DNA of 64,000 nucleotides from Candidatus Poriferihabitaceae bacterium (GTDB lineage Bacteria; Pseudomonadota; Gammaproteobacteria; Arenicellales; Poriferihabitantaceae): NCBI GenBank assembly GCA_965221795.1, contig OZ244914.1, positions 3,548,102 to 3,612,101 of the forward strand, read 5' to 3'. Shown piece by piece: positions 59,746 to 64,000 of this stretch (position 1 is its first letter; each line of letters starts with the position of its first letter). The notes under the pieces were generated by a model. It saw only the letters and a program-made list of their open reading frames with translations, ran no database searches and was not told where the DNA came from. The position numbers and the translations under genes were made by a program.

Positions 59746-61641
59746 TCAGTTCGCATACCCCAGGGTCTTCAGGGCTGCTCCAATCTCATCCAGAATGGCG
59801 GGGTCGTCAATAGTGGCCGGCATCTTCCATTCCTCCCCGTCCGCAATCTTTTTCATGGTCGCACGCAGAACCTTTCCGGAACGTGTCTTGGGAAGTCGCG
59901 ATACGACTGCTGCCTGCTTGAAGGCTGCGACGGGTCCGATTTTTTCACGCACCAGAGTCACGCATTCGTTGACAATTTCGACGTGATCTCTGGAGACACC
60001 ACTACTGAGCACCAAGCATCCGATCGGCAACTCCCCCTTGAGTGCATCCTGCACACCAATAACCGCACATTCGGCTACATCGGGATGGGACGCCAGCACT
60101 TCTTCCAGTGCCCCTGTAGACAGTCGATGCCCGGCCACATTGATGACATCGTCGGTTCGGGACATCACAAATACATACCCATCGGCATCAATAAAGCCCG
60201 CATCACCGGTTTCATAATATCCCGGATATCGACGGAAATAGGCATCAAACATTCGCTGGCGGGCATTCCAGAGGGTCGGGAAAGTGCCCGGTGGAAGTGG
60301 CAACTTGACCACCAGAGAGCCAATTTTCCCGGGAGGAACCGGCTTTCCTTCATCGTCCAGCACCTCCATCTTCCAACCGGGTACCGGCCGGGTCGCCGAA
60401 CCTTGCTTGACGGGCAGCGGTTCAATTCCCAGGCAATTCGCACAGATGGACCAACCAGTTTCCGTTTGCCACCAGTGATCAATGACCGGAACCTGCAGTT
60501 TGTCGGCAGCCCAGTTGAGCGTATCCGGATCCGTTCGTTCCCCGGCCAGAAACAGGGACCGGAGTCCGGACGTATCATACTGTTTCAGATATGTGCCTTG
60601 GGGGTCTTCTTTCTTGATTGCACGGAATGCCGTGGGTGCGGTGAATAATACCTTGACACCATGCTCTTCGATCACTCGCCAGAATACACCGGGGTCAGGG
60701 GTACCGACAGGCTTGCCTTCAAACATTACCGTGGTATTTCGGCCCAACAAGGGGCCGTACACAATATAGGAATGTCCCACAACCCAGCCCACATCCGAAG
60801 CGGCCCAGAATACTTCTCCCGGAACCACATCATAGATATTCTTCATACTCCAGTGCAGGGCCACCATACTGCTTCCGGTATCCCGCACTACCCCCTTGGG
60901 CTGCCCGGTGGTGCCAGAGGTATATAAAATATAGAGGGGTTCCAGTGCATCCATGGGAATGCAATCCACCGGAGTCGACTGGACTACCGCCTCAGCCCAA
61001 TCGAGATCGCGCCCGGCATCCATAGCGGCCAATGCCTGGGGGCGCTGAAAAATAATGCAACGCGCGGGCTTGTACTCCGCCAGCTCGATCGCCTGATCGA
61101 GCAAGGGCTTGTATTCGACGATCCGGCCGGGTTCCAATCCACAAGAGGCCGCGACGATCACTTTGGGCTCGCAGTCATTGATCCGGACCGCTAATTCATG
61201 GGCAGCAAAGCCACCGAAAACGACCGAGTGCACCGCCCCGATTCGGGCGCAGGCCAACATAGCCACCACAGCTTCCGGAATCATGGGCATATAGACGATT
61301 ACCCGGTCGCCACTACCCACCCCATTTCCTCTCAGTGCCCCGGCAAACGCCGCGACCCGTTCCTGCAGCTCATGGAACGTGATTTTCTGCTGGGACCGGG
61401 TCATAGCACTGTCATAAATCACAGCCACCTGACTCCCATGCCCGGATTCAACATGTCGGTCCACCGCATTGTAACAAACATTGGTTTGCCCTCCGGCAAA
61501 CCACCGGTAAAAGGGAGCATCCTGAGCATCCAGCACCTGATTCCATTTGCGATACCAGTGCACTGATTCCGCGGCTTCTCCCCAGAAGCTTTCCGGGTCA
61601 TCAATGGAACGACGGTAGATGGACTCAAACGTATCGGTCAT
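59746..61641 (-). CDS. prpE: Propionyl-CoA synthetase
   Basis: YTSGTTGQPKGVVRD, SDVGWVVGHSYIVY, DHWWQTETGW, LPKTRSGK. Confidence 0.9.
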   Translation of the reverse strand: MTDTFESIYRRSIDDPESFWGEAAESVHWYRKWNQVLDAQDAPFYRWFAGGQTNVCYNAVDRHVESGHGSQVAVIYDSAMTRSQQKITFHELQERVAAFAGALRGNGVGSGDRVIVYMPMIPEAVVAMLACARIGAVHSVVFGGFAAHELAVRINDCEPKVIVAASCGLEPGRIVEYKPLLDQAIELAEYKPARCIIFQRPQALAAMDAGRDLDWAEAVVQSTPVDCIPMDALEPLYILYTSGTTGQPKGVVRDTGSSMVALHWSMKNIYDVVPGEVFWAASDVGWVVGHSYIVYGPLLGRNTTVMFEGKPVGTPDPGVFWRVIEEHGVKVLFTAPTAFRAIKKEDPQGTYLKQYDTSGLRSLFLAGERTDPDTLNWAADKLQVPVIDHWWQTETGWSICANCLGIEPLPVKQGSATRPVPGWKMEVLDDEGKPVPPGKIGSLVVKLPLPPGTFPTLWNARQRMFDAYFRRYPGYYETGDAGFIDADGYVFVMSRTDDVINVAGHRLSTGALEEVLASHPDVAECAVIGVQDALKGELPIGCLVLSSGVSRDHVEIVNECVTLVREKIGPVAAFKQAAVVSRLPKTRSGKVLRATMKKIADGEEWKMPATIDDPAILDEIGAALKTLGYAN

Positions 61642-61792
61642 GATCGTGATCGCAATGTGAATAACGGTGCAACAGACCGGCTGGCTTGAGCGATTGCCGG
61701 CGTCGAAACAACGATTCCAGCGCTTCGCAGTAGCCGTAAAAGCCGGCAACTTTGGGGTATAGTCTAGAGTAATCTCTTATCTGATTCTACCA

Positions 61793-62569
61793 ATGACCTA
61801 TCAGCAGATTCTTGTCGAAACCCGAAACCGAACCGGACTCATTCAACTCAACCGACCCAAGGTGCTGAATGCCCTTTCCTCGGCAGTCATGCAAGAGATT
61901 GGGCAGGCTCTGCAACGTTTCGAAGAGGATGACTCCATTGGTGTAATCGTGATCACCGGTAACGAAAAGGCGTTCGCTGCCGGAGCAGACATCAAGGAGA
62001 TGAAAGAGAAATCGTACATGGAAGTCTACCGACAGAATTTTGTAACCGATCACTGGGAAGAAGTAACCCGCTGCCGAAAGCCAGTGATTGCCGCTGTGGC
62101 CGGTTATGCGCTTGGCGGCGGCTGTGAGTTGGCGATGATGTGCGATGTGATCATTGCCGCAGACAACGCCCGCTTCGGACAGCCGGAAATCAATCTTGGC
62201 ATCATCCCGGGTGCGGGAGGCACGCAGCGCCTGACCCGGGCTATCGGTAAAGCCAAGGCCATGGACCTGTGCCTGACCGGCCGTCTCATGGATGCCGAGG
62301 AAGCCGAACGCTCCGGTCTGGTGGCACGGGTTGTCCCGGCGGAAAGATTACTGGACGAAGTACTGGACATGGCTGAAGCGATCGCAGATAAGTCCCTGCC
62401 GGCGGTCATGGTGTGCAAGGAAGCGGTCAACCGCTCCTTTGAGTCCACCCTTGCCGAAGGAGTGTTATTTGAACGGCGGCAGTTCCATGCCCTTTTTGCC
62501 ACAGAGGACCAGAAAGAGGGGATGTCCGCCTTTGCGGAAAAACGCAAGGCGCAGTGGCGTCATTGCTGA
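61793..62569 (+). CDS. Enoyl-CoA hydratase (PaaF/EchA8-like)
   Basis: [43 protein letters not shown]. Confidence 0.93.
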   Translation: MTYQQILVETRNRTGLIQLNRPKVLNALSSAVMQEIGQALQRFEEDDSIGVIVITGNEKAFAAGADIKEMKEKSYMEVYRQNFVTDHWEEVTRCRKPVIAAVAGYALGGGCELAMMCDVIIAADNARFGQPEINLGIIPGAGGTQRLTRAIGKAKAMDLCLTGRLMDAEEAERSGLVARVVPAERLLDEVLDMAEAIADKSLPAVMVCKEAVNRSFESTLAEGVLFERRQFHALFATEDQKEGMSAFAEKRKAQWRHC

Positions 62570-62591
62570 TCCATCCGCGTACCCTATACTG

Positions 62592-63800
62592 ATGATGTTC
62601 CACTCACGCTGGCAGACTCCATTTCTCGTCATTCTTGCCGGATGCCTGATCTCCCTGATCGGCTTTGGCATTCGGTCCGGTTTCGGCTTGTTCCTGGAAC
62701 CGATGACCGCCGCAAATGACTGGAACCGGGAGATCTTTGGCTTGGCCATGGCACTGCAGAACCTGTTCTGGGGTCTGGGCCTGCCGGTTGCCGGCGCCTT
62801 GGCAGACCGATACGGACCGGCCTGGGTCATCATTGCCGGAGCCTTGATGTATGGCTTGGCGGTGTATGGCATGTCCATTGCTGACACTCCGCTCCTCTTC
62901 CATCTCACCGGAGGCATATTGGCCGGAACCGGGATTGCCTTTTCGGCTTTTACTATCGCCATGGCTTCCATGGCCCGGGTGGTAGGACCAGATAAGCGCA
63001 GTATGGTGCTGGGAATCGGCACGGCTGCCGGATCACTAGGCCAATTCCTGTTCTCTCCCATTACCCAAGGGTTTATCAACGCGTGGGGCTGGATTACGGC
63101 GCTGGGATTGCTGGCATCGATTGCCCTGGTCATGGTTCCTCTTGCGATCGCCCTGCCGAATGATCCTGGCATAGCAAAGGGAAGAACTCTTGAACAAACC
63201 ATGACCGCAGCTCTGTATGAAGCGGGAACCCACCGCGGTTTCCTGTTGTTGACGGCTGGTTTTTTTGTTTGCGGATTTCAGGTCGCCTTTATCACGGTAC
63301 ACTTTCCCGCCTATCTCTCTGATCTGGGCATGGCTCCCATTGTGGGGGCTTGGTCGATAGCCCTCATTGGGCTGATGAATATCGTAGGTTCCTTTCTTGC
63401 CGGATTGGCCGGTCAACGGTACAGTAAGAAGAAAGGGCTTGCCCTGATCTATTTCCTGCGCTCGGTCGTAGTATTGGCTTTGCTATTGCTACCGAAGGTT
63501 CCGCTGCTGATGCTCGCCTTTGCTGCAATCATGGGCATTTTGTGGCTGTCCACGGTGCCACTGACGACTGGTATTGTGGCTCAGGTATTTGGAGTACGCT
63601 ATATGGGAATGCTGTTCGGTATCGTCTTTCTGGGGCACCAGATCGGCAGTTTCCTGGGCGTATGGTGGGGAGGACGAATCTACGACCAGACCGGTTCGTA
63701 TGATGGCGTGTGGTACATGAGTATCGTGTTGGGCTTGCTGGCCACCTTGGTGCATTTGCCCATCAACGAAAAGCCCCTGCCCCGATTACAAACCGCTTGA
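62592..63800 (+). CDS. MFS transporter
   Basis: GALADRYG motif A, FFVCGFQV, WLSTVPLT, HQIGSFLG; start re-called at MMFHSRW. Confidence 0.9.
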   Translation: MMFHSRWQTPFLVILAGCLISLIGFGIRSGFGLFLEPMTAANDWNREIFGLAMALQNLFWGLGLPVAGALADRYGPAWVIIAGALMYGLAVYGMSIADTPLLFHLTGGILAGTGIAFSAFTIAMASMARVVGPDKRSMVLGIGTAAGSLGQFLFSPITQGFINAWGWITALGLLASIALVMVPLAIALPNDPGIAKGRTLEQTMTAALYEAGTHRGFLLLTAGFFVCGFQVAFITVHFPAYLSDLGMAPIVGAWSIALIGLMNIVGSFLAGLAGQRYSKKKGLALIYFLRSVVVLALLLLPKVPLLMLAFAAIMGILWLSTVPLTTGIVAQVFGVRYMGMLFGIVFLGHQIGSFLGVWWGGRIYDQTGSYDGVWYMSIVLGLLATLVHLPINEKPLPRLQTA

Positions 63801-63902
63801 TCAGCACGACCTTGACTGCTCTTCCGACATGTCGATCTTGAGCCAGCGAGAATCATTGGAACGCTTCTTACACGTATCAATTATGCGACGATAAGCACCC
63901 CT

Positions 63903-64000
63903 CATTGCGGCATGTGCGAGTTCCACGACCTACCTTCCCGCAGCCGGTCCTCGACCACCGCCCAGTGCTCGGGCGTTCTCTTTCGGGGCGTGGCAGAGGC
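63903..64000 (-). mobile_element. Probable IS30-family transposase fragment running off the window
   Basis: Minus strand ASATPRKRTPEHWAVVEDRLREGRS resembles the region just before the IS30 WSPEQI motif. Confidence 0.5.

Noticed and set aside
1-64000. CRISPR array, rRNA, tRNA
   Set aside because: No regularly spaced repeats or recognisable structural RNA seen by eye; tRNAscan and Infernal were not run.

Overview
A bacterial chromosomal window, probably from a marine proteobacterium (inferred from gene content). Two metabolic blocks are interrupted by accessory DNA. The first block is acyl-CoA uptake and activation: icmF, an acyl-CoA synthetase, a Liv-type ABC transporter, a PaaK-like ligase, a CaiB CoA-transferase and a crotonase at 0.7-14.5 kb, with prpE, gshB, a crotonase and an MFS gene at 58-64 kb. 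The second block is N-methylated-amine/betaine catabolism scattered over 23-56 kb: three pyrrolysine-free MttB paralogues, a GcvT-family flavoprotein, a TMA-dehydrogenase-like flavoprotein and a GbdR-like regulator. The accessory DNA holds two tandem stand-alone P-loop ATPases, two Fic proteins, several decaying toxin-antitoxin pairs, IS5/IS4/IS30 remnants and a broken Menshen-like defence locus. The most notable feature is a translationally coupled type I restriction-modification operon (36.5-46.2 kb). It contains an intact HEPN RNase gene (RX4HXY motif) whose cognate MNT nucleotidyltransferase is fused to the N-terminus of HsdS, plus an XRE-ImmA/PIN pair. A 25-G homopolymer shifts a Cys-rich secreted protein out of frame. 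No rRNA, tRNA or CRISPR array was seen. All family assignments come from motif recognition by eye, not database searches.
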